Shown piece after piece: positions 29,801 through 44,600 of a stretch of DNA of 64,000 nucleotides. This DNA comes from Balanoglossus misakiensis (lineage: Eukaryota > Animalia > Hemichordata). The stretch covers positions 730,281 through 794,280 of the forward strand of contig CM082584.2 of the NCBI GenBank assembly GCA_040954595.2, read 5' to 3'. Each line of letters starts with the position of its first letter. The first letter of the stretch is position 1. The translations under genes and the position numbers were made by a program. The notes beneath the pieces were generated by a model that did no database searches, was not told the DNA's origin, and saw only the letters and a program-made list of their open reading frames with translations.

Positions 29801-32613
29801 CTAATGTCTGTCATAGTGTGCCGGGGTTTTAGTCGAGCCAAGCCGTAGGAGATCAGACTTGATCAACGTGGTCTCTGTACGCGTGTTTCTGCTCTAGAGT
29901 GCCGGGGCTTTATCCAACCCATGCCGTAGAAAATCTGACTTGATCACCGTTGCTAACGTACGCTAGTGTCTGTCATATTGTGACGGAGATTTAGCCGAGC
30001 CAGGCCGTAGAAAAATCGACTTGTTCAACGTTACCAGTGTGCAACTGTTTCTGCTCTAGAGTGTCAGGGTTTTAGCCGACTTATGCTGTAGGAAATCTGA
30101 GTTGATGACGGGAATTCAATGTTAGAAAACCCGTGTGGAAAGTATCTCTACCCGTTCGAAACTAAGAAAAGAATGTATTCTTATTTATTTTGTAAAAAAG
30201 ACAATTTTTCGAAAAAAAGTCGAAAAATTGCAATTTTGTCTTGGGTGATTCAAATTATACCACATTTTCTGGAATTTGCAGCACTTTTTACAAGAGAACG
30301 ACACTTCATGCTCCATAATATTTCCGAAAATGAAGAAAAGAGTTTATTTTTTATGATTTTTTAAAAATGTACCATTTTGTCAAAATATGGCCAAAATGGC
30401 TATTTTTTCTTGAATTCCGTCAATATCTCTGCATTTTTGGAGTGGTCGAAAGTTTTAACATACAATCAACATGTCATATATGATCAGGGCACCAAATTCG
30501 AAGAACGAAGGTTTTTTTATTTTATTTTTCTAAAAATGACATTTTCAAGAAAAATTTGGTAAAACGCAATTTTGTCTGCAGTGAGCCAAATTAGACGGTC
30601 TTTTGTGGAATTTGTATCGATATATATATACGAAGAGCATTCTATACTCCATCAGATTTCCGAAAATGTAGAAAACAGGTATTTTTTGTAATTTTCAAAA
30701 ATTTACCATTTTGACCAAATTGTGGTTAAAATTGTTATTTTCGTGTTGAATGCCGCCAGTGTCACTGCTTTTAAAAGTCATAAAAACTTTTAACATGCAA
30801 GCAATTGCTTATATATGATCAGGCCACCGAATTAAAAAAATAAAGAATGTTTTGCCTAAAAATGACCTTTTTGGTGCAAATACGAATAAAACGCAATTTT
30901 GTATTAAATCAGCTCATTCAGAGTGCATTTTTTATAATCAGCACCATTTTTACATATATTGGAAATTTCATACATCATCAGATATCCAAATATGAAAAAA
31001 TGATTTAGATTTTAGATGATTGTCCAAAATTAGCTGATATCTAATAAATGTAGTATTGAACCGTTCTGTCCCCCCCCCCCCCTACATTATATGCGGTACG
31101 CCGATGTCAGCTTACCCGGCAGTACTGCAGGCCGTGCCCCCAAATAACGTCGGTGTTTGAAACGCCCTGGTTAAATTCGGGCTTTCTCTATAAATTGACA
31201 GGCAATAATGCAGTCCTACCCGAACAAATGTCGAGTGTTGACCCGCTGTGACTTTCCCTCTTCGGTTTGCCCGACTTAGCCAACGTCTTTGTACTAATGT
31301 GTCGGGTCTTTTGCAGAGCCAGGCCGAAGGAAATCAGACTTGATCACCGTTGCTAACGAACGCTAGTATCTGTCATGGTGTGCCTGGGTTTTAGTCGAGC
31401 CAGGCCGTAGGAGATCTGACTTGATCATCGTGGTCAATGTACGCGTGTTTCCGCTCTAAAGTGCCGGGGCTTCAGCTAAACCATGCCGTAGGAAATCCGA
31501 CGTAATCACCGTTGATAACTTACGCCAGTCTGTGTCATATAGAGCCGGTGCACCAGCCGAATCACGCCGTAGGAAATCTTACTTGATCAACGTGGTCAAT
31601 GTACGCCTGTTTCTGCTCTAGAGTGCCGGGGCTTCAGCTGAGCCAGGCCGTGGGAAACCCGACGTGATTACCGTTGTTAACTTACGCCAGTTTGTGTCCT
31701 ATATATAGTGCCGGGGCATCAGCCGTGCCAGGCCGAAGGAAATGTGAGTAGATCAACGTGGTCTCTGTACGCGTGTTTCTGCTCTAGAGTGCCAGGGCTT
31801 TAGCCAAGCCATGCCGTAGGAAATCTGACTTGATCAACGTTGCTAACGAACGCTAATGTCTGTCATAGTGTGCCGGGGTTTTAGTCGAGCCAAGCCGTAG
31901 GAGATCAGACTTGATCAACGTGGTCTCTGTACGCGTGTTTCTGCTCTGGAGTGCCGGGGCTTTATCCAAGCCATGCCGTAGAAAATCTGACTTGATCACC
32001 GTTGCTAACCTACGCTAGTGTCTGTCATATTGTGACGGTGATTTAGCCGAGCCAGGCCGTAGAAAAATCGACTTGTTCAACGTTACCAGTGTGCAACTGT
32101 TTCTGTTCTAGAGTGTCAGGGTTTTAGCCGACTTGTAGGAAATCTGAGTTGATGAACGGGAATTCAATGTTAGAAATCCGTGTGGAAAGTATCTCTACCC
32201 GTTTGGAACTAAGAAAAGAATTTATTCTTATTTATTTTGTAAAAAAACAATATTTCGAAAAAAAGTCGAAAATGGTAATTTTGTCTTGGGTGATTCAAAT
32301 TATACCGCCTTTTCTGGAATTTGCAGCATTTTTTACAAGAGAACGACACTTCATGCTCTATAATATTTCCGAAAATGAAGAAAAGAGTTAATTTTTTATG
32401 ATTTTTTAAAAATTTACCATTTTTGTCAAAATATGGCCAAAATGGCTATTTTTTCTTGAATTCCGTCAATATCTCACCATTTTTGGAGTGGTCGAAAGTT
32501 TTAACATACAATCAACATGTCATATATGATCAGGCACTAAATTCGAAGAACAAAGGTTTTTTATTTTTTTCTTCTAAAAATGACATTTTCAAGGAAAATT
32601 TGGTAAAACGCAA

Positions 32614-35600
32614 ATTATTGCCTGTCAATTTATAGAGAAAGCCCGAATTTAACCAGGCCCTGGCACTCTAGCGTACAGAGACCACGTTGATCAAGTCTGA
32701 TCTCCTACGGCTTGGTTCGACTAAAACCCCGGCACACTATGACAGACACTAGCGTTCGCTAGCAACGTTGATCAAGTCAGATTTTCTACGGCATGGCTGG
32801 GATAAAGCCCCGGCACTCTAGAGCAGAAACACGCGTACAGAGACAACGTTGATCAAGTCTGATCTCCTACGGCTTGGCTCGACTAAAACCCCGGCACACT
32901 ATGACAGACACTAGCGTTCGTTAGCAACGTTGATCAAGTCAGATTTCCTACGGCATGGCTTGGCTAAAGCCCTGGCACTCTAGAGCAGAAACACGCGTAC
33001 AGAGACCACGTTGATCTACTCCCATTTCCTTCGGCCTGGCACAGCTGATGCCCCGGCACTATATATAGGACACAGACTGGCGTAAGTTAACAACGGTAAT
33101 CACGTCGGGTTTCGTACGGCCTGGCTCAGCTGAAGCCCCGGCACTCTAGAGCAGAAACAGGCGTACATTGACCACGTTGATCAAGTCAGATTTCCTACGG
33201 CGTGATTCGGCTGGTGCACCGGCTCTATATGACACAGACTGGCGTAAGTTATCAACGGTGATTACGACGGATTTCCTACGGCATGGTTTAGCTGAAGCCC
33301 CGGCACTTTAGAGCGGAAACACGCGTACATTGACCACGATGATCAAGTCAGATCTCCTACGGCCTGGCTCGACTAAAACCCCGGCACACCATGACAGACA
33401 CTAGCGTTCGTTAGCAACGGTGATCAAGTCGGATTTCCTTCGGCCTGGCTCTGCAAAAGACCCGACACATTAGTACAAAGACGTTGGCTAAGTCGGGCAA
33501 ACCGAAGAGGGAAAGTCACAGCGGGTCAACACTCGACATTTGTTCGGGTAGGACTGCATTATTGCCTGTCAATTTATAGAGAAAGCCCGAATTTAACCAG
33601 GGCGTTTCAAACACCGACGTTATTTGGGGGCACGGCCTGCAGTACTGCCGGGTAAGCTGACATCGGCGTACCGCATATAATGTAGGGGGGGGGGACAGAA
33701 CGGTTCAATACTACATTTATTAGATATCAGCTAATTTTGGACAATCATCTAAAATCTAAATCATTTTTTCATATTTGGATATCTGATGATGTATGAAATT
33801 TTCAATATATGTAAAAATGGTGCTGATTATAAAAAATGCACTCTGAATGAGCTGATTTAATACAAAATTGCGTTTTATTCGTTTTTGCACCAAAAAGGTC
33901 ATTTTTAGGCAAAACATTCTTTATTTTTTTAATTCGGTGGCCTGATCATATATAAGCAATTGCTTGCATGTTAAAAGTTTTTATGACTTTTAAAAGCAGT
34001 GACACTGGCGGCATTCAACACGAAAATAACAATTTTAACCACAATTTGGTCAAAATGGTAAATTTTTGAAAATTACAAAAAATACCTGTTTTCTACATTT
34101 TCGGAAATGTGATGGAGTATAGAATGCTCTTCGTATATATATATCGATACAAATTCCACAAAAGACCGTCTAATTTGGCTCACTGCAGACAAAATTGCGT
34201 TTTACCAAATTTTCCTTGAAAATGTCATTTTTAGAAAAATAAAATAAAAAAACCTTCGTTCTTCGAATTTGGTGCCCTGATCATATATGACATGTTGATT
34301 GTATGTTAAAACTTTCGACCACTCCAAAAATGCAGAGATATTGACGGAATTCAAGAAAAAATAGCCATTTTGGCCATATTTTGACAAAATGGTACATTTT
34401 TAAAAAATCATAAAAAATAAACTCTTTTCTTCATTTTCGGAAATATTATGGAGCATGAAGTGTCGTTCTCTTGTAAAAAGTGCTGCAAATTCCAGAAAAT
34501 GTGGTATAATTTGAATCACCCAAGACAAAATTACCATTTTCGACTTGTTTTCGAAAAATTGTCTTTTTTAAAAAATAAATAAGAATAAATTCTTTTCTTA
34601 GTTTCAAACGGGTAGAGATACTTTCCACACGGGTTTTCTTACATTGAATTCCCGTTCATCAACTCAGATTTCCTACAGCATAAGTCGGCTAAAACCCTGA
34701 CACTCTAGAGCAGAAACAGTTGCACACTGATAACGTTGAACAAGTCGATTTTTCTACGGCCTGGCTCGGCTAAATCTCGTCACAATATGACAGACACTAG
34801 CGTACGTGAGCAACGGTGATCAAGTCAGATTTTCAACGGCATGGGTTGGATAAAGCCCCGGCACTCTAGAGCAGAAACACGCGTACAGAGACCACGTTGA
34901 TCAAGTCTGATCTCCTACGGCTTGGCTCCACTAAAACCCCGGCACACTATGACAGACACTATCGTACGTTAGCAACGGTGATCAAGTCAGATTTTCTACG
35001 GCATGGCTTGGATAAAGCCCCGGCACTCTAGAGCAGAAACACGCGTACAGAGACCACGTTGATCTACTCACATTTCCTACGGCCTGGCACGGCTGATGCC
35101 CCGGCACTATATATAGGACACAGACTGGCGTAAGTTAACAACGGTAATCACGTCGGGTTTCCTACGGCCTGGCTCAGCTGAAGCCCCGGCACTCTAGAGC
35201 AGAAACAGGCGTACATTGACCACGTTGATCAAGTCAGATTTCCTACGGCGTGATTCGGCTGGTGCACCGGCTCTATATGACACAGACTGGCGTAAGTTAT
35301 CAACGGTGATTACGTCGGATTTCCTACGGCATGGTTTAGCTGAAGCCCCGGCACTTTAGAGCGGAAACACGCGTACATTGACCACGATGATCAAGTCAGA
35401 TCTCCTACGGCCTGGCTCTTCTAAAACCCCGGCACACCATGACAGACACTAGCGTTCGTTAGCAACGGTGATCAAGTCGGATTTCCTTCGGCCTGGCTCT
35501 GCAAAAGACCCGACACATTAGTACAAAGACGTTGGCTAAGTCGGGCAAACCGAAGAGGGAAAGTCACAGCGGGTCAACACTCGACATTTGTTCGGGTAGG

Positions 35601-38600
35601 ACTGCATTATTGCCTGTCAATTTATAGAGAAAGCCCGAATTTAACCAGGGCGTTTCAAACACCGACGTTATTTGGGGGCACGGCCTGCAGTACTGCCGGG
35701 TAAGCTGACATCGGCGTACCGCATATAATGTAGGGGGGGACAGAACGGTTCAATACTACATTTATTAGATATCAGCTAATTTTGGACAATCATCTAAAAT
35801 CTAAATCATTTTTTCATATTTTGATATCTGATGATGTATGAAATTTCCGATATATGTAAAAATGGTGCTGATTATGAAAAATGCACTCTGAATGAGCTGA
35901 TTTAATACAAAATTGCGTTTTATTCGTTTTTGCACCAAAAAGGTCATTTTTAGGCAAAACATTCTTTATTTTTTTAATTCGGTGGCCTGATCATATATAA
36001 GCAATTGCTTGCATGTTAAAAGTTTTTATGACTTTTAAAAGCAGTGACACTGGCGGCATTCAACACGAAAATAACAATTTTAACCACAATTTGGTCAAAA
36101 TGGTAAATTTTTGAAAATTACAAAAAATACCTGTTTTCTACATTTTCGGAAATGTGATGGAGTATAGAATGCTCTTCGTATATATATCGATACAAATTCC
36201 ACAAAAGACCGTCTAATTTGGCTCACTGCAGACAAAATTGCGTTTTACCAAATTTTCCTTGAAAATGTCATTTTTAGAAAAATAAAATAAAAAAACCTTC
36301 GTTCTTCGAATTTGGTGCCCTGATCATATATGACATGTTGATTGTATGTTAAAACTTTCGACCACTCCAAAAATGCAGAGATATTGACGGAATTCAAGAA
36401 AAATAGCCATTTTGGCCATATTTTGACAAAAATGGTAAATTTTTGAAAAATCATAAACAATTAACTCTTTTCTTCATTTTCGGAAATATTATGGAGCATG
36501 AAGTGTCGTTCTCTTGTAAAAAGTGCTGCAAATTCCAGAAAAGGCGGTATAATTTGAATCACCCAAGACAAAATTGCAATTTTTCGACTTTTTTTCGAAA
36601 AATTGTCTTTTTTACAAAATAAATAAGAATAAATACTTTTCTTAGTTTCAAACGGGTAGAGATACTTTCCACACGGGTTTTCTAACATTGAATTCCCGTT
36701 CATCAACTCAGATTTCCTACAGCATAAGTCGGCTAAAACCCTGACACTCTAGAGCAGAAACAGTTGCACACTGGTAACGTTGAACAAGTCGATTTTTCTA
36801 CGGCCTGGCTCGGCTAAATCTCCGTCACAATATGACAGACACTAGCGTACGTTAGCAACGGTGATCAAGTCAGATTTTCTACGGCATGGGTTGGATAAAG
36901 CCCCGGCACTCTAGAGCAGAAACACGCGTACAGAGACCACGTTGATCAAGTCTGATCTCCTACGGCTTGGCTCGACTAAAACCCCGGCACACTATGACAG
37001 ACACTAGTGTTCGTTAGCAACGTTGATCAAGTCAGATTTCCTACGGCATGGCTTGGCTAAAGCCCTGGCACTCTAGAGCAGAAACACGCGTACAGAGACC
37101 ACGTTGATCTACTCACATTTCCTTCGGCCTGGCACGGCTGATGCCCCGGCACTATATATAGGACACAAACTGGCGTAAGTTAACAACGGTAATCACGTCG
37201 GGTTTCCTACGGCCTGGCTCAGCTGAAGCCCCGGCACTCTAGAGCAGAAACAGGCGTACATTGACCACGTTGATCAAGTCAGATTTCCTACGGCGTGACT
37301 CGGCTGGTGCACCGGCTCTATATGACACAGACTGGCGTAAGTTATCAACGGTGATTACGTCGGATTTCCTACGGCCTGGTTTAGCTGAAGCCCCGGCACT
37401 TTAGAGCGGAAACACGCGTACATTGACCACGATGATCAAGTCAGATCTCCTACGGCCTGGCTCGACTAAAACCCCGGCACACCATGACAGACACTAGCGT
37501 TCGTTAGCAACGGTGATCAAGTCGGATTTCCTTCGGCCTGGCTCTGCAAAAGACCCGACACTCTAGTACAAAGACGTTGGCTAAGTTGGGCAAACCGAAG
37601 AGGGAAAGTCGCAGCGGGTCAACACTCGACATTTGTTCCGGTAGGACTGCATTATTGCCTGTCGATTTATAGAGAGAGCCCGAATTTAACCAGGGCGTTT
37701 CAAACACCGACGTTTGTTGGGGGCACGGCCTACAGTACTGCCGGGTAAGCTGACATCGGCGTACCGCATATAATGTAAGGGGGGGGGGGGGGACAGAACG
37801 GTTCAATACTACATTTATTAGATATCAGCTAATTTTGGACAATCATCTAAAATCTAAATCATTTTTTCATATTTGGATATCTGATGATGTATGAAATTTC
37901 CATTATATGTAAAAATGGTGCTTATTATAAAACATGCACTCTGAATGAACTGATTTAATACAAGATTGCGTTTTATTCGTTTTTGCACCAAAAAGGTCAT
38001 TTTTAGGCAAAACATTCTTTATATTTTTAATTCGGTGACCTGATCATATATAAACAATTGCTTGTGTGTTAAAAGTTTTTATGGCTTTTAAAAGCAGTGA
38101 CACTGGCGGCATTCATCACGAAAATAACAATTTTAGCCACAATTTGGTCAAAATGGTAAATTTTTGAAAATTACAAAAAATACCTGTTTTCTACATTTTC
38201 GGAAATCTGATGGAGTATAGAATGCTCTTCGTATATATATATCGATACAAATTCCACAAAAGACCGTCTAATTTGGCTCACTGCAGACAAAATTGCGTTT
38301 TACCAAATTTTTCTTGAAAATGTCATTTTTAGAAAAATAAAATAAAAAAACCTTCGTTCTTCGAATTTGGTGCCCTGATCATATATGACATGTTGATTGT
38401 ATGTTAAAACTTTCGACCACTCCAAAAATGCTGAGATATTGACGGAATTCAAGAAAAAATAGCCATTTTGGCCATATTTTGACAAAATGGTACATTTTTA
38501 AAAAAATCATAAAAAATAAACTCTTTTCTTCATTTTCGGAAATATTATGGAGCATGAAGTGTCGTTCTCTTGTAAAAAGTGCTGCAAATTCCAGAAAATG

Positions 38601-41600
38601 TGGTATAATTTGAATCACCCAAGACAAAATTACCATTTTCGACTTGTTTTCGAAAAATTGTCTTTTTTAAAAAATAAATAAGAATAAATTCTTTTCTTAG
38701 TTTCAAACGGGTAGAGATACTTTCCACACGGGTTTTCTAACATTGAATTCCCGTTCATCAACTCAGATTTCCTACAGCATAAGTCGGCTAAAACCCTGAC
38801 ACTCTAGAGCAGAAACAGTTGCACACTGATAACGTTGAACAAGTCGATTTTTCTACGGCCTGGCTCGGCTAAATCTCGTCACAATATGACAGACACTAGC
38901 GTACGTGAGCAACGGTGATCAAGTCAGATTTTCAACGGCATGGGTTGGATAAAGCCCCGGCACTCTAGAGCAGAAACACGCGTACAGAGACCACGTTGAT
39001 CAAGTCTGATCTCCTACGGCTTGGCTCGACTAAAACCCCGGCACACTATGACAGACACTAGCGTTATTATTATTATTATTATTAAGAATTGTTTAAAATG
39101 CGCTACACATACGTCTCAGCGCATTGTGCACAGCTAAAACAGTAGATTAAAAAATACAAGGCTGGTAAAAATAGTTAAAGGACACAATCGAACACGTTAC
39201 ACATAAAACCGAGTAAAAAGGTATGTTTTCAAATTACGCTTAAAAATATTGAGCGTTCGTTAGCAACGTTGATCAAGTCAGATTTCCTACGGCATGGCTT
39301 TGCTAAAGCCCTGACACTCTAGAGCAGAAACACGCGTACAGAGACCACGTTGATCGACTAACATTTCCTTCGGCCTGGCACGGCTGATGCCCCGGCACTA
39401 TATATAGGACACAGACTGGCGTAAGTTAACAACGGTAATCACGTCGGGTTTCCTACGGCCTGGCTCAGCTGAAGCCCCGGCACTCTAGAGCAGAAACAGG
39501 CGTACATTGACCACGTTGATCAAGTCAGATTTCCTACGGCGTGACTCGGCTGGTGAACCGGCTCTATATGACACAGACTGGCGTATGTTATCAACGGTGA
39601 TTACGTCGGATTTCCTACGGCCTGGTTTAGCTGAAGCCCCGGCACTTTAGAGCGGAAACACGCGTACATTGACCACGATGATCAAGGCAGATCTCCTACG
39701 GCCTGGCTCGACTAAAACCCCGGCACACCATGACAGACACTAGCGTTCGTTAGCAACGGTGAACAAGTCAGATTTCCTTCGGCCTGGCTCTGCAAAAGAC
39801 CCGACACTCTAGTACAAAGACGTTGGCTAAGTCGGGCAAACCGAAGAGGGAAAGTCACAGCGGGTCAACACTCGACATTTGTTCGGGTAGGACTGCATTA
39901 TTGCCTGTCAATTTATAGAGAAAGCCCGAATTTAACCAGGGCGTTACAAACACCGACGTTAGTTGGGGGCACGGCCTGCAGTACTGACGGGTAAGCTGAC
40001 ATCGGCGTACCGCATATAATATAGGGGGGGGGGGGAAACGGAACGGTTCAATACTACATTTATTAGATATCAGCTAATTTTGGACAATCATCTAAAATCT
40101 AAATCATTTTTTCATATTTGGATATCTGATGATGTATGAAATTTCCATTATATGTAAAAATGGTGCTGATTATAAAAAATGCACTCTGAATGAACTGATT
40201 TAATACAAAATTACGTTTTATTCGTTTTTGCACCTAAAAGGTCATTTTTAGGCAAAACATTCTTTATTTTTTTAATTCGGTGACCTGATCATATATAAAG
40301 AATGGCTTGTATGTTAAAAGTTTTTATGACTTTTAAAAGCAGTGACACTGGCGGCATTCAACACGAAAATAACAATTTTAGCCACAATTTGGTCAAAATG
40401 GAAAATTTTTCAAAATTACAAAAAATACCCTTTTCTACATTTTCGGAAATCTGATGGAGTATAGAAGGCTCTTCGTATGTATATATCGATACAAATTCCA
40501 CAAAAAACCGTCTAATTTGGCTCACTGCAGACAAAATTGCGTTTTACCAAATTTTCCTTGAAAATGTCATTTTTAGAAAAAAAAATAAAAAAAACCTTTG
40601 TTCTTCGAATTTGGTGCCCCGATCATATATGACATGTTGATTGTATGTTAAAAGTTTCGACCACTCCAAAAATGCAGAGATATTGACGGAATTCAAGTAA
40701 AAATAGCCATTTTGGCCATATTTTGACAAAAATGGTAAAATTTTAAAAAATCATAAAAAATTAACTCTTTTCTTCGTTTTCGGAAATATTATGGAGCATG
40801 AAGTGTCGTTCTCTTGTAAAAAGTGCTGCAAATTCCAGAAAAGGTGGTATAATTTGAATCACCCAAGACAAAATTACCATTTTCGCCTTTGTTTCGAAAA
40901 ATTGTCTTTTTTACAAAATAAATAAGAATAAATTCTTTTCTTAGTTTCAAACGGGTAGAGATACTTCCTACACGGGTTTTCTAAAATTGAATTCCCGTTC
41001 ATCAACTCAGATTTCCTACAGCATAAGTCGGCTAAAACCCTGAGACTTTAGAGCAGAAACAGTTGCACACTGGTAACGTTGAACAAGTCGATTTTTCTAC
41101 GGCCTGGCTTGGCTAAATCTCCGTCACAATATGACAGACACTATCGTACGTTAGCAACGGTGATCAAGTCAGATTTTCTACGGCATGGCTTGGATAAAGC
41201 CCCGGCACTCTAGAGCAGAAACACGCGTACAGAGACCACGTTGATCTACTCACATTTCCTTCGGCCTGGCACGGCTGATGCCCCGGCACTATATATAGGA
41301 CACAGACTGGCGTAAGTTAACAACGGTAATCACGTCGGGTTTCCTACGGCCTGGCTCAGATGAAGCCCCGGCACTCTAGAGCAGAAACAGGCGTACAGTG
41401 ACCACGTTGATCAAGTCAGATTTCCTACGGCGTGACTCGGCTGGTGCACCGGCTCTATATGACACAGACTGGCGTAAGTTATCAACGGTGATTACGTCGG
41501 ATTTCCTACGGCATGGTTTAGCTGAAGCCCCGGCACTTCAGAGCGGAAACACGCGTACATTGACCACGATGATCAAGTCAGATCTCCTACGGCCTGGCTC

Positions 41601-44600
41601 GACTAAAACCCCGGCACACCATGACAGACACTAGCGTTCGTTAGCAACGGTGATCAAGTCGGATTTCCTTCGGCCTGGCTCTGCAAAAGACCCGACACAT
41701 TAGTACAGAGACGTTGGCTAAGTCGGGCAAACCGAAGAGGGAAAGTCACAGCGGGTCAACACTCGACATTTGTTCGGGTAGGACTGCATTATTGTCTGTC
41801 AATTTATAGAGAAAACCCGAATTTAACCACGGCGTTTCAAACACCGACGTTAGTTGTGGGCACGGCCTGCAGTACTGATGATGGGTAAGCTGACATCGGC
41901 GTACCGCATGTAATGTAGGGGGGGGGGGACAGAACGGTTCAATACTACATTTATTAGATATCAGCTACTTTAGGACAATCATCTAAAATCTAAATCATTT
42001 TTTCATATTTGGATATCTGATGATGTATGAAATTTCCATTATATGTAAAAATGGTGCTGATTATAAAAAATGCACTCTGAATGAGCTGATTTAATACAAA
42101 ATTGCGTTTTATTCGTTTTTGCACCAAAAAGGTCATTTTTAGGGAAAACATTCTTTATTCTTTAAATTCGGTGACCTGATCATATATAAACAATTGCTTG
42201 TATGTTAAAAGTTTTAATGACTTTTATAAGCAGTGACACTGGCGGCATTCAACGCGAAAATAACAATTTTAGCCACAATTCGGTCAAAATGGTAAATTTT
42301 TGAAAATTACAAAAAATACCTGTTTTCTACATTTTCGGAAATCTGATGGAGTATAGAATGCTCTTCGTATGTATATATCGATACAAATTCCACAAAAGAC
42401 CGTCTAATTTGGCTCACTGCAGACAAAATTGCGTTTTACCAAATTTTCCTTGAAAATGTCATTTTTAGAAAAAAAAATAAAAAACCTTTGTCGAATTTAG
42501 TGCCTGATCATATATGACATGTTGATTGTATGTTAAAACTTTCGACCACTCCAAAAATGCTGAGATATTGACGGAATTCAAGAAAAAATAGCCATTTTGG
42601 CCATATTTTGACAAAAATGGTAAATTTTTAAAAAATCATAAAAAAATTAACTCTTTTCTTCATTTTCGGAAATATTATAGAGCATGAAGTGTCGTTCTCT
42701 TGTAAAAAGTGCTGCAAATTCCAGAAAAGGCGGTATAATTTGAATCACCCAAGACAAAATTACCATTTTCGACTTTTTTTCGAAATATTGTTTTTTTACA
42801 AAATAAATAAGAATAAATTCTTTTCTTAGTTCCAAACGGGTAGAGATACTTTCCACACGGATTTCTAACATTGAATTCCCGTTCATCAACTCAGATTTCC
42901 TACAGCATAAGTCGGCTAAAACCCTGAGACTTTAGAGCAGAAACAGTTGCACACTGGTAACGTTGAACAAGTCGATTTTTCTACGGCCTGGCTTGGCTAA
43001 ATCTCCGTCACAATATGACAGACACTATCGTACGTTAGCAACGGTGATCAAGTCAGATTTTCTACGGCATGGCTTGGATAAAGCCCCGGCACTCTAGAGC
43101 AGAAACACGCGTACAGAGACCACGTTGATCTACTCACATTTCCTTCGGCCTGGCACGGCTGATGCCCCGGCACTATATATAGGACACAGACTGGCGTAAG
43201 TTAACAACGGTAATCACGTCGGGTTTCCTACGGCCTGGCTCAGATGAAGCCCCGGCACTCTAGAGCAGAAACAGGCGTACAGTGACCACGTTGATCAAGT
43301 CAGATTTCCTACGGCGTGACTCGGCTGGTGCACCGGCTCTATATGACACAGACTGGCGTAAGTTATCAACGGTGATTACGTCGGATTTCCTACGGCATGG
43401 TTTAGCTGAAGCCCCGGCACTTCAGAGCGGAAACACGCGTACATTGACCACGATGATCAAGTCAGATCTCCTACGGCCTGGCTCGACTAAAACCCCGGCA
43501 CACCATGACAGACACTAGCGTTCGTTAGCAACGGTGATCAAGTCGGATTTCCTTCGGCCTGGCTCTGCAAAAGACCCGACACATTAGTACAGAGACGTTG
43601 GCTAAGTCGGGCAAACCGAAGAGGGAAAGTCACAGCGGGTCAACACTCGACATTTGTTCGGGTAGGACTGCATTATTGTCTGTCAATTTATAGAGAAAAC
43701 CCGAATTTAACCACGGCGTTTCAAACACCGACGTTAGTTGTGGGCACGGCCTGCAGTACTGATGATGGGTAAGCTGACATCGGCGTACCGCATGTAATGT
43801 AGGGGGGGGGGGGGACAGAACGGTTCAATACTACATTTATTAGATATCAGCTACTTTAGGACAATCATCTAAAATCTAAATCATTTTTTCATATTTGGAT
43901 ATCTGATGATGTATGAAATTTCCATTATATGTAAAAATGGTGCTGATTATAAAAAATGCACTCTGAATGAGCTGATTTAATACAAAATTGCGTTTTATTC
44001 GTTTTTGCACCAAAAAGGTCATTTTTAGGGAAAACATTCTTTATTCTTTAAATTCGGTGACCTGATCATATATAAACAATTGCTTGTATGTTAAAAGTTT
44101 TAATGACTTTTATAAGCAGTGACACTGGCGGCATTCAACGCGAAAATAACAATTTTAGCCACAATTCGGTCAAAATGGTAAATTTTTGAAAATTACAAAA
44201 AATACCTGTTTTCTACATTTTCGGAAATCTGATGGAGTATAGAATGCTCTTCGTATGTATATATCGATACAAATTCCACAAAAGACCGTCTAATTTGGCT
44301 CACTGCAGACAAAATTGCGTTTTACCAAATTTTCCTTGAAAATGTCATTTTTAGAAAAAAAAATAAAAAACCTTTGTCGAATTTAGTGCCTGATCATATA
44401 TGACATGTTGATTGTATGTTAAAACTTTCGACCACTCCAAAAATGCTGAGATATTGACGGAATTCAAGAAAAAATAGCCATTTTGGCCATATTTTGACAA
44501 AAATGGTAAATTTTTAAAAAATCATAAAAAAATTAACTCTTTTCTTCATTTTCGGAAATATTATAGAGCATGAAGTGTCGTTCTCTTGTAAAAAGTGCTG

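Larger units (their letters stand above)
1..32613 (+). repeat. Macrosatellite A, forward block (~2.05-kb composite unit, ~16 units)
   Basis: Anchor GAACCGTTCTG-poly(C) recurs at ~1734, 3783, 5833, 7881, 9929, 11975, 14514, 16888, 18928, 20969, 23011, 25066, 26956, 29007 and 31058; spacing mostly 2040-2055 bp; units nearly identical. Confidence 0.99.
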
